Shown: positions 62,844 to 64,000 of the stretch, piece after piece
How positions within the stretch are numbered: the stretch's first letter is position 1
Layout: every line of letters starts with the position of its first letter
DNA from: an uncultured delta proteobacterium
Lineage (GTDB): Bacteria; Desulfobacterota; Binatia; UBA9968
Assembly (NCBI GenBank): GCA_963771465.1
Contig: CAVYTU010000014.1
Span: forward strand, 672,001 to 736,000
Length of the DNA: 64,000 bases
Reading direction: 5' to 3'
Position numbers and translations under genes: made by a program
Notes under the pieces: model-generated
What the model saw: the letters and a program-made list of their open reading frames with translations, nothing else
What the model was told of the DNA's origin: nothing
Database searches by the model: none

Positions 62844-63983
62844 TTAGCTGCCCGGCGTTGCTAGCTGGACGATTCCCGCGCCGGGAGCCGGCAACTGTTC
62901 CTGTTTAGAGAGAATCTCCAAGCCAACGGCGCTGACATCACGGCGCGCGACTCGACCATTCTCATAATAAGTCCACAGATCGGCAATCCCGTCGCCGTTA
63001 AGATCACGCTCCTCTTTGGTCACGATCTCGCCATCGCGGCTGCTATCATAGTAAATCCACAGGTCCGGTCGGCCGCTGCTCGTGGTCTCTTTTTCCACCT
63101 TGGCGAGGCGGCCATTCTGAAAGCTAGCGCGATAGGTCATCTGCCCTTGGCCGCTTTCGTCGCGCTCTTCGCGGATGATCTTGTCGCCATCGTAATAAAA
63201 AACCGTGTCCGGCCGGCCTTGACCTTTGTTGTCGACATCGCGCCGTGTCAGTTGGCCGTCTTTGAAATAACTCCAGGTGTCGACTCTGCCGTCGCCTTTG
63301 CTCGCCTCCTCTTGGCGCATCACTTCACCGGCTTTTTGCGGATTATAATAAATCCAAAGATCCGGGATGCCATCGCCGTTCACGTCGCGCACTTCGACGT
63401 TTTTGAATGGCGCCGGCGCGGCGATGGGCGGGGTTACAGGCTTTTTCAACGCCGCGAGCGAGTTGTTATCCGGCGCTCGGTTGGTCGTGGGTTTGTCCCC
63501 AGGTAGATTGCGTGGTGTCTGAGTCGTGCTGGTAGCGCCAGGAATTTGCGCCGGCGCATCGGCAATCGGTGTTCCACCTGGATTGGCGATCTGATTCTCC
63601 AATTCGCGTTGGCGCGCTAGTTCTTGTTCAATGGCCGCTTCAAGCTGCTGATCTTTTTGTTGCTCGGTGCGGACCTGGCGGTTCATTTCGTTGTAGTGGG
63701 ACTCCGCAGTAAACAAACCCGTGATAAAGCCGATGACCAACCCGCCGCCCGCGCCGTAGGGACCAGCGATGGCACCGCCCATGGCGACGCCTTCCATCGC
63801 TTTATTCCAAACATGTTGCATTCGTTGGGAGCTGCTAACTTGGTTTGGCTGAGATGCTCCTGGTGTGCCACTGTTGGGATTCGGGTTTTGCGCCGAACCG
63901 GGTGGATACTGTACGGCCACAGGCTCGCAGGCCGAGCTGCCCACAAGCAATACGAGTAAATATGGACGTAGGAGTCGGTTCAT
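62844..63983 (-). CDS. Lipoprotein with glycine zipper, coiled coil and DxxGDGxxDxWxYY repeats
   Basis: Lipobox SSAC; GVAMGGAIAGPYGAGGGLVIG; about 6 tandem 24-28 aa repeats. Confidence 0.8.
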   Translation of the reverse strand: MNRLLRPYLLVLLVGSSACEPVAVQYPPGSAQNPNPNSGTPGASQPNQVSSSQRMQHVWNKAMEGVAMGGAIAGPYGAGGGLVIGFITGLFTAESHYNEMNRQVRTEQQKDQQLEAAIEQELARQRELENQIANPGGTPIADAPAQIPGATSTTQTPRNLPGDKPTTNRAPDNNSLAALKKPVTPPIAAPAPFKNVEVRDVNGDGIPDLWIYYNPQKAGEVMRQEEASKGDGRVDTWSYFKDGQLTRRDVDNKGQGRPDTVFYYDGDKIIREERDESGQGQMTYRASFQNGRLAKVEKETTSSGRPDLWIYYDSSRDGEIVTKEERDLNGDGIADLWTYYENGRVARRDVSAVGLEILSKQEQLPAPGAGIVQLATPGS

Positions 63984-64000
63984 CGATTCGCCAACTAACG

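Overview
A 64-kb, roughly 55-60% GC bacterial chromosomal segment. Gene content and style (expanded UbiD, amidohydrolase and TauA-type binding proteins, TctABC, korAB, XRE-HTH before pilMNOPQ-aroCKBQ) suggest a Candidatus Binatia/deltaproteobacterial-type genome; this is inference. Left to right: (1) a ~9.6-kb minus-strand catabolic run: tctABC, beta-hydroxyacid dehydrogenase, E1alpha/E1beta, a frameshifted atypical M24-fold enzyme, E2, ABC transporter; (2) a hybrid kinase and a block with UbiD, isochorismatase and amidohydrolases; (3) a two-component system with a sigma54 activator, followed by two consensus -24/-12 promoters in front of small secreted, membrane and glycine-zipper lipoprotein genes; (4) moaA, MFS, a BrnTA pair with a nonsense-mutated toxin, two different chrA genes, a ChrB-domain protein, CNNM and a MoeA-like protein; (5) core genes korAB, clpSA, M48 protease, tRNA-Pro(CGG), rpe-rsmB-fmt-def-priA, pilMNOPQ, aroCKBQ; (6) an unusual envelope cluster: glycine-zipper/DxxGDG-repeat lipoprotein, TonB/TolA-like protein, ExbB, ExbD, facing a secreted VWA-in-Ig protein. 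Five accessory genes carry frameshift or nonsense lesions while core genes look intact, and several intergenic spacers carry 7-nt periodic repeats. No CRISPR array, rRNA, integrase, transposase or reverse transcriptase was seen. All calls are by motif recognition, without database searches.
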